The notes under the pieces were generated by a model. That model saw only the letters and a program-made list of their open reading frames with translations. It had not been told where the DNA came from and did not search any database. DNA of 64,000 nucleotides from a virus, in the IMG/VR virus record IMGVR_UViG_3300023179_000021, positions 1-64,000 of that record. One strand, 5' to 3'. Below are positions 31,095 to 40,848 of this stretch, in pieces. The position numbers and the translations under genes were made by a program. Each line of letters starts with the position of its first letter. Positions within the stretch are counted from its first letter, which is position 1.

Positions 31095-33280
31095 CAACAA
31101 TTACAACAACAAAATGTGGTGCTTGGATACTTGATGATACTTATAAAAAAGTTCAATCGGGATATTGGACCTATGATGCTACGTTTGAAGGTGAATTGTG
31201 GTTATGGGGTCGTAATACTTATGGCCAACTGGGAGACAATACCACAACTTGTAGATCCTCTCCAATCCAGATACCAGGTACCTCCTGGAATGATATAGCA
31301 GGTGGTTGTCAGCATTCCTTCGCTCGTAAAACCGATGGTACCTTATGGGTATGGGGTTCTAATGTTTATGGCCAAATAGGAGACAATACCACAACTTATA
31401 GATCCTCTCCAGTCCAGGTACCAGGTACCCAATGGAATGATATAGTAGGTGGTAATAGTCATTCCTTAGCTCGTAAATCCGATGGTACCTTGTGGGTATG
31501 GGGTTATAATGTTTATGGCCAAATAGGAGACAATACCAGAACTCAAAGGTCCTCTCCAGTCCAGATACCAGGTACCTCCTGGAATGATATAGGAGGTGGT
31601 GGTTATCATTCCTTAGCTCGTAAATCTGATGGTACCTTGTGGGCATGGGGTGCTAATCCTTATGGCTCACTAGGAGACAATACCACAACTCCTAGATCCT
31701 CTCCAGTCCAGGTACCAGGTACCTCCTGGAATGATATAGCAAGTGGTGGTTGTCATCATTCCTTAGCTCGTAAATCCGATGGTACCTTATGGTCATGGGG
31801 TTATAATAGTTTTGGCTCACTAGGAGACAATACCAGAACTCAAAGATCCTCTCCAGTCCAGATACCAGGTACCCAATGGAATGATATAGCAAGTGGTAGT
31901 TTTCATTCCTTAGCTCGTAAATCTGATGGTACATTATGGTCATGGGGTGCTAATAATTATGGCCAAATAGGAGACAATACCATAACTCAAAGATCCTCTC
32001 CAGTCCAGATACCAGGTACCCAATGGAATGATATAGCAGGTGGTGATTATCATTCCTTAGCTCGTAAATCCGATGGTACCTTGTGGTCATGGGGTCTTAA
32101 TCAATTTGGCCAACTAGGAGACAATACCAAAACTTATAGATCCTCTCCAGTCCAGGTACCAGGTACCCAATGGAATGATATAGCAGGTGGTTTTTATCAT
32201 CCCTTAGCTCGTAAACCTGTGGCTCCTGTTTTTGGTGAAGGATGTACACTTTGGGCATGGGGTCGTAATGCTGAAGGCCAACTAGGAGACAATACCACAA
32301 CTAATAGATCCTCTCCAGTCCAGGTACCAGGTACCCAATGGAGTGATATAGCAGGTGGTTGTAGTCATTCCTTAGCTCGTAAATCCGATGGTACCTTATG
32401 GTCATGGGGTTATAATAATAATGGCCAATTAGGAGACAATACCACAACTTGTAGATCCTCTCCAGTCCAGATACCAGGTACCTCCTGGAATGATATTGTG
32501 AGTGGTAGTATTCATTCCTTAGCTCGTAAATCCGATGGTACCTTATGGGTATGGGGTCGTAATCAATATGGCGAACTAGGAGACAATACCACAACTTGTA
32601 GATCCTCTCCAGTTCAGGTACCAGGTACCCAATGGAATGATATAGCAGGTGGTAATTACCATTCCTTAGCTCGTAAATCCGATGGTACCTTATGGTCATG
32701 GGGTTCTAATTTTTTTGGCCAACTAGGAGACAATACCAGAACTAATAGGTCCTCTCCAATCCAGGTACCAGGTACCCAATGGAATGATATAGCAAGTGGT
32801 AGTCTTCATTCCTTAGCTCGTAAATCCGATGGTACCTTATGGGTATGGGGTCGTAATGATTCTGGCGAACTAGGAGACAATACCACAACTAATAGATCCT
32901 CTCCAGTCCAGATACCAGGTACCCAATGGAATGATATAGAAGGTGGTTGTGTCCATTCCTTAGCTCGTAAATCCGATGGTACCTTATGGTCATGGGGTTA
33001 TAATTGTTTTGGCCGACTAGGAGACAATACCACAACTTGTAGATCTTCTCCAGTCCAGGTACCAGGTACCACATGGAATGATATAGAAAGTGGTGATCTC
33101 CATTCCTTAGCTCGTAAATCCGATGGTACCTTATGGATATGGGGTGTTAATGCTTCTGGCGAACTAGGAGACAATACCAGAACTACTAGATCCTCTCCAG
33201 TCCAGATACCAGGTACCCAATGGAATGATATAGCAGGTGGTAATAACCATTCTTTAGCCATCAAATGTTTTCCGGTATAA
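31091..33280 (+). CDS. RCC1/BLIP-II-type repeat protein 2 (2 x 7 blades)
   Basis: 14 repeats of the same unit. Confidence 0.92.
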   Translation: MTTITTTKCGAWILDDTYKKVQSGYWTYDATFEGELWLWGRNTYGQLGDNTTTCRSSPIQIPGTSWNDIAGGCQHSFARKTDGTLWVWGSNVYGQIGDNTTTYRSSPVQVPGTQWNDIVGGNSHSLARKSDGTLWVWGYNVYGQIGDNTRTQRSSPVQIPGTSWNDIGGGGYHSLARKSDGTLWAWGANPYGSLGDNTTTPRSSPVQVPGTSWNDIASGGCHHSLARKSDGTLWSWGYNSFGSLGDNTRTQRSSPVQIPGTQWNDIASGSFHSLARKSDGTLWSWGANNYGQIGDNTITQRSSPVQIPGTQWNDIAGGDYHSLARKSDGTLWSWGLNQFGQLGDNTKTYRSSPVQVPGTQWNDIAGGFYHPLARKPVAPVFGEGCTLWAWGRNAEGQLGDNTTTNRSSPVQVPGTQWSDIAGGCSHSLARKSDGTLWSWGYNNNGQLGDNTTTCRSSPVQIPGTSWNDIVSGSIHSLARKSDGTLWVWGRNQYGELGDNTTTCRSSPVQVPGTQWNDIAGGNYHSLARKSDGTLWSWGSNFFGQLGDNTRTNRSSPIQVPGTQWNDIASGSLHSLARKSDGTLWVWGRNDSGELGDNTTTNRSSPVQIPGTQWNDIEGGCVHSLARKSDGTLWSWGYNCFGRLGDNTTTCRSSPVQVPGTTWNDIESGDLHSLARKSDGTLWIWGVNASGELGDNTRTTRSSPVQIPGTQWNDIAGGNNHSLAIKCFPV
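31193..33264 (+). repeat. 147-bp coding tandem repeat, 14 units
   Basis: Same unit as 28112-30183. Confidence 0.92.
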
Positions 33281-33300
33281 TTATTATTTTTTTATAAATT

Positions 33301-33882
33301 ATGCTTTTATTTGATTATGTTACGGTGATGCCAAACTGCTTAAATGATTCTTTACTTGATATGTATTTGTCATTAAAAGAACAAGAAGTTTCTCCGGCAC
33401 TTACCGGTTATTCCGATAACCAAAAAACAAACCTTGAGTATCGTAAAACAAATTGGATTCCTATACCTTATGACCTTTTACAACAAACTCAGGCCTCCAT
33501 TACTTCTTTTTATAATGGTATGCTTCTTGACAAATATAAACAACCAATTAAATTTATTGAACCTACACAATTACTCCATTACCCCGTTGGTGGTGAATAT
33601 AAAGAACATAATGATTCTGAAGATTTTGTCCACGGAAAACTGACAAGAGTTTGCGAAAGAGACTTGTCGATTTTAGCCTACCTAAATGATGACTATGAAG
33701 GTGGTGAACTCGAACTAAATAACTTTAATGTGACATTTAAACCAAAGGCCGGAACTGTGATTTGCTTTCCTTCCTACATTGAATTCACACACCGAGTTTA
33801 TCCGGTGACCAAAGGTAACAGATATACACTTGCAACATGGATATGCACCTATGAACGAATCTACTCCAGACCATACTTATGA
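33301..33882 (+). CDS. 2OG-Fe(II) oxygenase, prolyl 4-hydroxylase-like
   Basis: QLLHY..G.EY..HND..LS...YLNDDYEGGEL..FP....H.V.PV.KG.RY. Confidence 0.88.
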   Translation: MLLFDYVTVMPNCLNDSLLDMYLSLKEQEVSPALTGYSDNQKTNLEYRKTNWIPIPYDLLQQTQASITSFYNGMLLDKYKQPIKFIEPTQLLHYPVGGEYKEHNDSEDFVHGKLTRVCERDLSILAYLNDDYEGGELELNNFNVTFKPKAGTVICFPSYIEFTHRVYPVTKGNRYTLATWICTYERIYSRPYL

Positions 33883-34492
33883 CAAAGAAGGCTTTATCGT
33901 ACTTCGAAAATTTATACCACATTTTTTCGCTGACTACCTTAAAACCTATTTCGACACATTAAAAACAAACGATAAATTACAAAAAGGCGATGCACAAGTC
34001 GGTAATTCTTTGTGTACCTATGGTGACCCAGCCTTTGATACTTTTATGCTTATGTCGGCACCTTTGATTTCTGGTGCCGTAGGAAAGCAATTATTTCCAA
34101 CTTATACTTACGCACGAATTTATTACAAAGGCTCCGAATTACTTCCACATATTGATCGAGATGAGTGTGAACATTCGGTATCGGTATTTCTTGGTGGTGA
34201 ATATGATACGCTATGGCCAATTTGGATGCTAAATAAAGAAGTACACAAGCAACCTCAAATGTGTGCGCTTTATTCTGGTGATGCCGTAGTTTATCAGGGA
34301 AACAAAGTACATCATTGGCGTGATGGTTTCGAGGGCACCTCACACTATCAATTGTTTATGCACTTTGTTGAAGCCGATGGCAAACACAAGGATAAAATTT
34401 ACGACACTCGCCCCTTTATAGGATTACCAAGTGACACAAAAACAGATTATGGACTTTCAAGCGATCAACGACCAAGCGAAGAACCTGTTTGA
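33851..34492 (+). CDS. 2OG-Fe(II) oxygenase
   Basis: PTYTYARIY..G..L..H.DR..CE.S..GDAVVY.G....HWR..FMHFV. Confidence 0.8.
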   Translation: MNESTPDHTYDKEGFIVLRKFIPHFFADYLKTYFDTLKTNDKLQKGDAQVGNSLCTYGDPAFDTFMLMSAPLISGAVGKQLFPTYTYARIYYKGSELLPHIDRDECEHSVSVFLGGEYDTLWPIWMLNKEVHKQPQMCALYSGDAVVYQGNKVHHWRDGFEGTSHYQLFMHFVEADGKHKDKIYDTRPFIGLPSDTKTDYGLSSDQRPSEEPV

Positions 34493-35630
34493 CCAAAAAC
34501 AATTTTCTGAAGCTCTTCAATTACTTGATCGTCCTGACCTACCAAAAGAACTCATACCAAATTTAGCCAAGTGCTATTATTACACTTCAAGGGCTCCCGA
34601 GGCTCTTGAATTGTTATTGCCACTGAAGAAAGACGCAGACCTTTGGATTGATACGGCTCTTTATTACAATGCCATAGGAAACCATGATAAGGCTCTTGAA
34701 ATTTATGAGACATTAAATAAAGAAGATTCAAAAGTTGCTTTTAATATAGCCTGGCATTACCTAAGAAACAATGAATTTTCAAAAGGGTTTAAACTCATAC
34801 AAAAAGGGTCTGAAGTAAGATCCTGGGGTCACGAATACCTTCACCTTGAAAATGGCATCGTTCATCCCGAGAACCGATGGAGTGGTCAACAAACCAATCA
34901 TTTAGTTCTTTTACTTGAAGGTGGTCTGGGTGATGAATTTATTTTTTTACGATGGGCCAATTACCTTAAAACAAAATGTAATAAGTTAACCATTCTTTGT
35001 AATCCATCCCTTCTTCGTTTACTGACCAATGCTGGGTATGATGTAATGCCAAGTAGCGCACTGAAAGAATTAGACTACGATCATTATGCACCAAGTATGG
35101 CTTTACCCGATATTCTTGGTTTAAATTCACCACAAGAACATGTCGTTTTTCCTTATATAAAATCCTATGTTGAACCATTTATTACCAAGCAAATGAATAA
35201 AGTAGCGAATGGCCAAAAAAAGATTGGCATTAAATGGTTTGGAAATCCAGAGTTTGAACATGACCAATTTAGAACGGTACCCTCAGATGCACTGAAGGAT
35301 CTTGAAGAATTTGGTCAATTATTTTCTTTACAATTTGAAGATGGTGACCCAAGAATACCAAATTGCCGAGAAATCATTCGAGACTGGCAAGATACCTATT
35401 CGGTCTTTGGTAGTCTTGATTTAATGGTGACCAGTTGTACCAGTACCGCACATTTAGCTGGTGCCATGGGTATACCTGTCATTGTTTTGGTTCCATTAGT
35501 ACCGTATTTTGTATGGGCTTCTGATACAATGCCCTGGTATCCAAAAAATGTAAAGGTTCTCAGACAAACTAAATACAATGACTGGTCTGAAACCTTGAAA
35601 GAACTATACCATGAAATATCAAGAATTTAA
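34449..35630 (+). CDS. TPR-containing glycosyltransferase (GT9-like, GT-B fold)
   Basis: N-terminal TPR-like helices; EGGLGDE..F.R; DLMVTSCTSTAHLAGAMG.P; WYP...RQ. Confidence 0.78.
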   Translation: MDFQAINDQAKNLFDQKQFSEALQLLDRPDLPKELIPNLAKCYYYTSRAPEALELLLPLKKDADLWIDTALYYNAIGNHDKALEIYETLNKEDSKVAFNIAWHYLRNNEFSKGFKLIQKGSEVRSWGHEYLHLENGIVHPENRWSGQQTNHLVLLLEGGLGDEFIFLRWANYLKTKCNKLTILCNPSLLRLLTNAGYDVMPSSALKELDYDHYAPSMALPDILGLNSPQEHVVFPYIKSYVEPFITKQMNKVANGQKKIGIKWFGNPEFEHDQFRTVPSDALKDLEEFGQLFSLQFEDGDPRIPNCREIIRDWQDTYSVFGSLDLMVTSCTSTAHLAGAMGIPVIVLVPLVPYFVWASDTMPWYPKNVKVLRQTKYNDWSETLKELYHEISRI

Positions 35631-36219
35631 ATTATTTCCAACAACTGTCTTGCGTTTTGATTGCTCTGAGGTGATTACAAATGATGATGTAAACGCTATG
35701 ATTTTCGACATTGATAAAATTTGTGACAATGGTAAGTACATACAAGACGATGAAAAAACTCCCAAATATCAAAGTAAACCTATTTTGTTTTTAGATGAAG
35801 CACCAGAAATTTGGCAGAAACTTAAATATACTTTTTTAAATTCTTGCCAACAATATTTACAAACCGTGAATGATTTTGTCAACAATCAAAACTCAATGCA
35901 ATTCACTGGTGCTCGAGCCTGGTTCTACAAGGGCTGGAAATCCTTTAATGTTACACAAACCAACCCATGGCATAATCACAACCCTTCGTTTCTTTCGGGT
36001 GTATTTTATTTAAGTGTTCCTGGAAATGAAAATGAAGGTGGCACCGAATTTATGGACCCAAGACAAAATGAATCTCATGGTGTTCGTAATCAATTTATCG
36101 CACCAATTAATTTAACTTGGGTTATTTTTCCAGGGTGGCTCTATCATCGTTCGAGCTATTGTGATACTGAAACACCTAGGTATGTCATTGCTGCCGATTC
36201 TTATGTAAAAGTGCAATAA
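35611..36219 (+). CDS. Putative 2OG-Fe(II) oxygenase (TIGR02466-like)
   Basis: LFPT..WHNH..FLSGVFYL..IFPGWLYH..R. Confidence 0.78.
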   Translation: MKYQEFKLFPTTVLRFDCSEVITNDDVNAMIFDIDKICDNGKYIQDDEKTPKYQSKPILFLDEAPEIWQKLKYTFLNSCQQYLQTVNDFVNNQNSMQFTGARAWFYKGWKSFNVTQTNPWHNHNPSFLSGVFYLSVPGNENEGGTEFMDPRQNESHGVRNQFIAPINLTWVIFPGWLYHRSSYCDTETPRYVIAADSYVKVQ

Positions 36220-36806
36220 TGTACCAACAGTTTATTCACACAAAACCGGAAGTCAAAGAGGTGGCCACTGATATTTTGGCCGTTGAATTTTGGAAGCCAG
36301 AGTTTTGTGAGTATGTCATTGAGGCTGCCGAAAACATAGGTGGTTTTCAAAGTCATCCAAGTGACCCGGTACCTGGTTCGGAGCTTCGCATAAATAAAAT
36401 TTCCGAAGAGCTTTACACTTCTTATTGTAGACATTGGAAATATATTCTGCAACCCATTCTTGAAGATTATTATCAACTTCCATCGGAGCAATGGTTCTTT
36501 GGTTGGAAAGTTCCGTTCATTATTAAGTATACAATGAACGGTCAAAGAAATTTAAGAAAACATTTTGATGGCAGCTTAATTACGGGATCAGTGAAATTAA
36601 ATGATAAATACAGAGGTGCCGAGTTAGTATTTCCTAGGCAAAAGTTTTCAAATAAGAATGTTCCTATTGGTTGGATTTTACTTTGGCCAAGCAGTATACA
36701 ACATTTACATTTTTGTGATGATTTAATAGAGGGTACAAAATATTCTTTGACTTGTTGGACTAAACAGGATATAAAAGAGCAAGGAATCAATTACAAGGAT
36801 GTTTAA
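36219..36806 (+). CDS. 2OG-Fe(II) oxygenase, lysyl-hydroxylase (PLOD) catalytic-domain-like
   Basis: EFC..VIE..E; FIIKY...Q..L..HFD.S.IT..V.LN..Y.G..L.FPR; H.H....L..GTKY. Confidence 0.75.
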   Translation: MYQQFIHTKPEVKEVATDILAVEFWKPEFCEYVIEAAENIGGFQSHPSDPVPGSELRINKISEELYTSYCRHWKYILQPILEDYYQLPSEQWFFGWKVPFIIKYTMNGQRNLRKHFDGSLITGSVKLNDKYRGAELVFPRQKFSNKNVPIGWILLWPSSIQHLHFCDDLIEGTKYSLTCWTKQDIKEQGINYKDV

Positions 36807-38989
36807 TGGTAACTAAAAATGTATTTCGTTTAAAGAAATATTATGAATTAGTTTTGGCTGGTTGTGTGGGTTATGATGCTACGTTTGATGGCGGTGAATT
36901 GTGGTCGTGGGGTTATAATGGTGATGGCCGACTAGGAGACAATACCAAAACTTGTAGATCCTCTCCAATCCAGATACCAGGTACCCAATGGAATGATATA
37001 GCAATCGGTAATTCTCATTCCTTAGCTCGTAAATCCGATGGTACCTTGTGGGCATGGGGTGATAATGGTAGTGGCTTTCTAGGAAACAATACCACAACTC
37101 CTAGATCCTCTCCAGTCCAGATACCAGGTACCCAATGGAGTGATATAGCAAGTGGTGGTAACCATTCTTTAGCCTGCAAATCTGATGGCACTTTATGGGT
37201 GTGGGGATCTGGTAATTGTGGCCGTTTAGGAATCAATTCTACATCTCAAAGATCCTCTCCGATCCAGGTACCAGGCACCACATGGAGTGATATATCGGGT
37301 GGTGAAAGTCATTCCTTAGCTCTTAAATCCGATGGTACCTTGTGGTCATGGGGTTATAATGTTTATGGCCAACTAGGAGACAATACCACAACTCAAAGAT
37401 CCTCTCCAGTCCAGGTACCAGGCACCCAATGGAATGTTATAGAGGGTGGTAGTTCCCATTCCTTAGCTCGTAAATCCGATGGTACCTTATGGGTATGGGG
37501 TAATAATAGTTCTGGCAACCTAGGAGACAACACCACAACTTGGAAATCCTCTCCAGTCCAGATACCAGGTACCCAATGGAATGATATAGTAGGTAGTGCT
37601 AGTTTTTCTTTAGCTCGTAAATCCGATGGTACCTTATGGTCATGGGGTTATAATGGTTCTGGCCGACTAGGAGACAATACCACAACTAATAGATCCTCTC
37701 CAGTCCAGATACCAGGTACCCAATGGAATGATGTAGGGAGTAGTGTTGCCCATTCCTTAGCTCGTAAATCCGATGGTACCTTATGGTCATGGGGTGTTAA
37801 TAATTGTGGCCAACTAGGAGACAATACCACAACTTATAGATCCTCTCCAGTCCAGATACCAGGTACCCAATGGAATGATATAGCAGGTGGTAGTTCCCAT
37901 TCCTTAGCTCGTAAATCTGTGGCTCCAGTTTTTGATGAGGGTGCTTGTACCTTATGGTCATGGGGTTATAATAATTGTGGCCAACTAGGAGACAATACCA
38001 CAACTAATAGATCCTCTCCAATCCAGATACCAGGTTTTCGGTGGAATGATATAACAGGTAGTGGTTGTCATTCCTTAGCTCGTAAATCCGATGGTACCTT
38101 ATGGGCATGGGGTAATAATGGTCAAGGCCAACTAGGAGACAATACCATAACTCCTAGATCCTCTCCAGTCCAGGTACCAGGTACCCAATGGAATGATATA
38201 GCAAATGGTAATAGGCATTCCTTAGCTCGTAAATCCGATGGTACCTTATGGGCATGGGGTGCTAATGGTAGTGGCGAACTAGGAGACAATACTGGAACTT
38301 ATAGATCCTCTCCAATCCAGATATCAGGTACCCAATGGAATGATATAGAAGGTGGTGGTAGCCATTCCTTAGCTCTTAAATCCGATGGTACCTTATGGGT
38401 ATGGGGTTATAATTATAATGGCCAACTAGGAGACAATACCAATACTAATAGATCCTCTCCAATCCAGGTACCAGGTACCCAATGGAATGATATAGCAGGT
38501 GGTGTTAGCTTTTCCTTAGCTCGTAAATCCGATGGTACCTTGTGGTCATGGGGTGCTAATGGTGTTGCCCAACTAGGAGACAATACCAGAACTTATAGAT
38601 CCTCTCCAGTCCAGGTACCAGGTACCCAATGGAATGATATAGCGGGTGGCGGTTTTCAATCCTTAGCTCGTAAAACCGATGGTACCTTATGGGCATGGGG
38701 TAATAATGGTCGAGGCAACCTAGGAGACAATACCAGAACTTATAGATCCTCTCCAGTCCAGATACCAGGTACCCAATGGAATGATATAGGAGGGGGATGT
38801 CTTTATTCCTTAGCTCGTAAAACCGATGGTACCTTATGGGTATGGGGCGATAATGATAAAGGTCAATTGGGACAAATAACTTATACTGATCGGAGGTCTT
38901 CTCCAGTCCAGGTACCAGGTACCCAATGGAGTGATATAGCAAAGGTTGATAACCATTCTTTAGCCATCAAATACAATAGTACCGCTTAA
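36806..38989 (+). CDS. RCC1/BLIP-II-type repeat protein 3 (2 x 7 blades)
   Basis: 14 repeats of the same unit, somewhat more diverged. Confidence 0.92.
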   Translation: MVTKNVFRLKKYYELVLAGCVGYDATFDGGELWSWGYNGDGRLGDNTKTCRSSPIQIPGTQWNDIAIGNSHSLARKSDGTLWAWGDNGSGFLGNNTTTPRSSPVQIPGTQWSDIASGGNHSLACKSDGTLWVWGSGNCGRLGINSTSQRSSPIQVPGTTWSDISGGESHSLALKSDGTLWSWGYNVYGQLGDNTTTQRSSPVQVPGTQWNVIEGGSSHSLARKSDGTLWVWGNNSSGNLGDNTTTWKSSPVQIPGTQWNDIVGSASFSLARKSDGTLWSWGYNGSGRLGDNTTTNRSSPVQIPGTQWNDVGSSVAHSLARKSDGTLWSWGVNNCGQLGDNTTTYRSSPVQIPGTQWNDIAGGSSHSLARKSVAPVFDEGACTLWSWGYNNCGQLGDNTTTNRSSPIQIPGFRWNDITGSGCHSLARKSDGTLWAWGNNGQGQLGDNTITPRSSPVQVPGTQWNDIANGNRHSLARKSDGTLWAWGANGSGELGDNTGTYRSSPIQISGTQWNDIEGGGSHSLALKSDGTLWVWGYNYNGQLGDNTNTNRSSPIQVPGTQWNDIAGGVSFSLARKSDGTLWSWGANGVAQLGDNTRTYRSSPVQVPGTQWNDIAGGGFQSLARKTDGTLWAWGNNGRGNLGDNTRTYRSSPVQIPGTQWNDIGGGCLYSLARKTDGTLWVWGDNDKGQLGQITYTDRRSSPVQVPGTQWSDIAKVDNHSLAIKYNSTA
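36896..38971 (+). repeat. 147-bp coding tandem repeat, 14 units
   Basis: Same unit as the other two arrays. Confidence 0.9.
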
Positions 38990-39007
38990 TCTTAATGAAA
39001 GTAAATT

Positions 39008-39865
39008 ATGAAAAATATGAATTTTTGTATAGGGTTGCCTCGTTCCGGTTCAACCCTTTTGATGAATATCCTTCAACAAAACCCTAGCATCTTTACATCA
39101 TCAACTTGTCCAACTCCATACCTAGTTGAAGGTTGTAAAATACAGGCCACATCTATATCCGAGTTTATTGCTATGGATCAGGATGTGCTTACTAAGTCTC
39201 TCCTTTCTTTTATGAAATATGGTATTGATGGTTGGTACAATGCCTTAACCAATAAACCAAATATCATTTCTAAGTCGAGGTGCTGGGACAGTAATTTAAA
39301 TATGATTTTTGCTCTTTATGAAAACCCCAAGATTATCATTTCGCTTCGTGATGTTCGAGATATAATTTGTTCTTTTGAAAAACTTCTTCAAAGACATCCA
39401 ATGTGGACAATAGGTTCCAAAGAAGACCCTGTACACCTAATGCCCTTTGAAAAACGAATGGAAATTTATTGTACCGATGTTGGTGCAAATTTAGGAAGGC
39501 CACTTTATTACCTTCCACATGTTTACGAATGGATGCAAAAGAGGCCAAATAATTTCTTTCTTTTTCGTTTTGAAGACTTTAATGAAAAACCAAAAGAATC
39601 GTTGAGATCACTGTATCAATGGCTCGACCTACCCTATTTCGACCATGACTTAAATAACATACCTCCGGCTGAACAGTATGAACATGACACTGTTTATCGA
39701 GCTCTAGTTTCACACAAGACCGAAACAAAACTAAGATATATGGAACCGAACTATATATCTATGATGACGCCAGAACAATCGGACCTTGTCATACGGCACA
39801 ATGAATTTTTTTACAAGACATTTTATCCTGAAATTTATTATGAAAAATCAAATAGAATTTCGTAA
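39008..39865 (+). CDS. Sulfotransferase family protein
   Basis: 5'-PSB loop GLPRSGSTLL; 3'-PB KIIISLRDVRDIICSF; RFEDF...P...L..LY.WL. Confidence 0.85.
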   Translation: MKNMNFCIGLPRSGSTLLMNILQQNPSIFTSSTCPTPYLVEGCKIQATSISEFIAMDQDVLTKSLLSFMKYGIDGWYNALTNKPNIISKSRCWDSNLNMIFALYENPKIIISLRDVRDIICSFEKLLQRHPMWTIGSKEDPVHLMPFEKRMEIYCTDVGANLGRPLYYLPHVYEWMQKRPNNFFLFRFEDFNEKPKESLRSLYQWLDLPYFDHDLNNIPPAEQYEHDTVYRALVSHKTETKLRYMEPNYISMMTPEQSDLVIRHNEFFYKTFYPEIYYEKSNRIS

Positions 39866-40373
39866 GGTATTTAAAGAACTTCCAGTTTTTACAACAAACA
39901 TTGGTCAACATCGACAGGCTATTGAAATGGCCGCTAAAGCCATTTTTGAAGAGCGCCAAAAAAATCCAAGAAGAATGGAATCTAATGTTAAGGCCGATTA
40001 TGTTTCTTCTTGGGGAAGCCATTTAAACAATCCAAATTTTCAGCCACTCATTGACATTGTTCTATCGTTTTGTGAAGAAGTATCTAAGACATATTTTAAT
40101 GTTGAATTGAAGTATAAAATATATAATTGTTGGGGTATGTTATATGAGAAAGGCGACTATGCAGTAAAACATTCACATTTTCCATCGACCTTTGCTGCGG
40201 TTATATACCTTGAAGTTGAAAAAGATTCTGCACCAATTGTATTTGAAGATGAACTGACCGTTGTTCCAGCTTCAGGCTCATTAATTCTTTTTCCAGCGAT
40301 TCTTCACCATGAAGTGCCTAAAACAAAAGGACGAAGAATGGTAATTTCTATGAACATCGACCACATATCATAA
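39840..40373 (+). CDS. Putative 2OG-Fe(II) oxygenase (TIGR02466-like)
   Basis: WGMLY.KGD....HSHFP..F.AVIYL..LILFP..L.HEV..R.VISMNI. Confidence 0.8.
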   Translation: MKNQIEFRKVFKELPVFTTNIGQHRQAIEMAAKAIFEERQKNPRRMESNVKADYVSSWGSHLNNPNFQPLIDIVLSFCEEVSKTYFNVELKYKIYNCWGMLYEKGDYAVKHSHFPSTFAAVIYLEVEKDSAPIVFEDELTVVPASGSLILFPAILHHEVPKTKGRRMVISMNIDHIS

Positions 40374-40383
40374 CGGAGTACCT

Positions 40384-40848
40384 ATGAACCAAAGAATTAT
40401 TAACGTATTTAATGACTTTCAAATTGCTGACCTTGATGATGATATGGTTGGAATTTGTAAGACATTGGTAGATTTTATGAAAGAGATTCGTCGGCAAATA
40501 CCCGATGAAGAGTACCCTGAAGCCGAACCGCCACATAACTTTTATAAAATGCAACCACATCAGCCAAAAATGGAGTTAAGAAAAAACTACAGAAAACTTT
40601 TGGCTAATACCGTAAGAAATCAACACCCAATTGTATCTCATAACATTAAACTTTTAAACCTTTATGTTGTTCTTCTTACAGCTGCATACCTCTATCACCT
40701 GCCCGTTGAAAAGATGGTTGAACTCAGTAAAAATGTCGATGGTGAATTTACAAGAAAAGAATCTGAACAATTATTGCTTGATGATACCATGTCGCCGAAC
40801 TGGCTCAAAGAACCATCGGGAAAGGACTTCACTGCGATTATGTTATGA
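40384..40848 (+). CDS. Hypothetical protein
   Basis: ORF with GGAG RBS, coupled to the next gene. Confidence 0.6.
   Translation: MNQRIINVFNDFQIADLDDDMVGICKTLVDFMKEIRRQIPDEEYPEAEPPHNFYKMQPHQPKMELRKNYRKLLANTVRNQHPIVSHNIKLLNLYVVLLTAAYLYHLPVEKMVELSKNVDGEFTRKESEQLLLDDTMSPNWLKEPSGKDFTAIML

Noticed and set aside
28167-38942. Many minus-strand ORFs with repeating MWYCLLVG/YHRIYELRN motifs
   Set aside because: Shadow frames of the RCC1 repeats.
28112-38971. RCC1 arrays as a diversity-generating retroelement (variable codons are mostly NNT, as if derived from AAT)
   Set aside because: No reverse transcriptase or non-coding template repeat is in the window, and silent-position adenines in the scaffold (cta, gga, cca) are nearly invariant, unlike A-to-N mutagenesis. 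An RT elsewhere in the genome cannot be excluded from this window.
28112-38971. 147-bp repeats as CRISPR or non-coding repeats; dense GGTACC palindromes as recombinase sites
   Set aside because: The repeats are in-frame protein blades. GGTACC is simply the Gly-Thr codon pair copied with the scaffold, and no recombinase gene is nearby.
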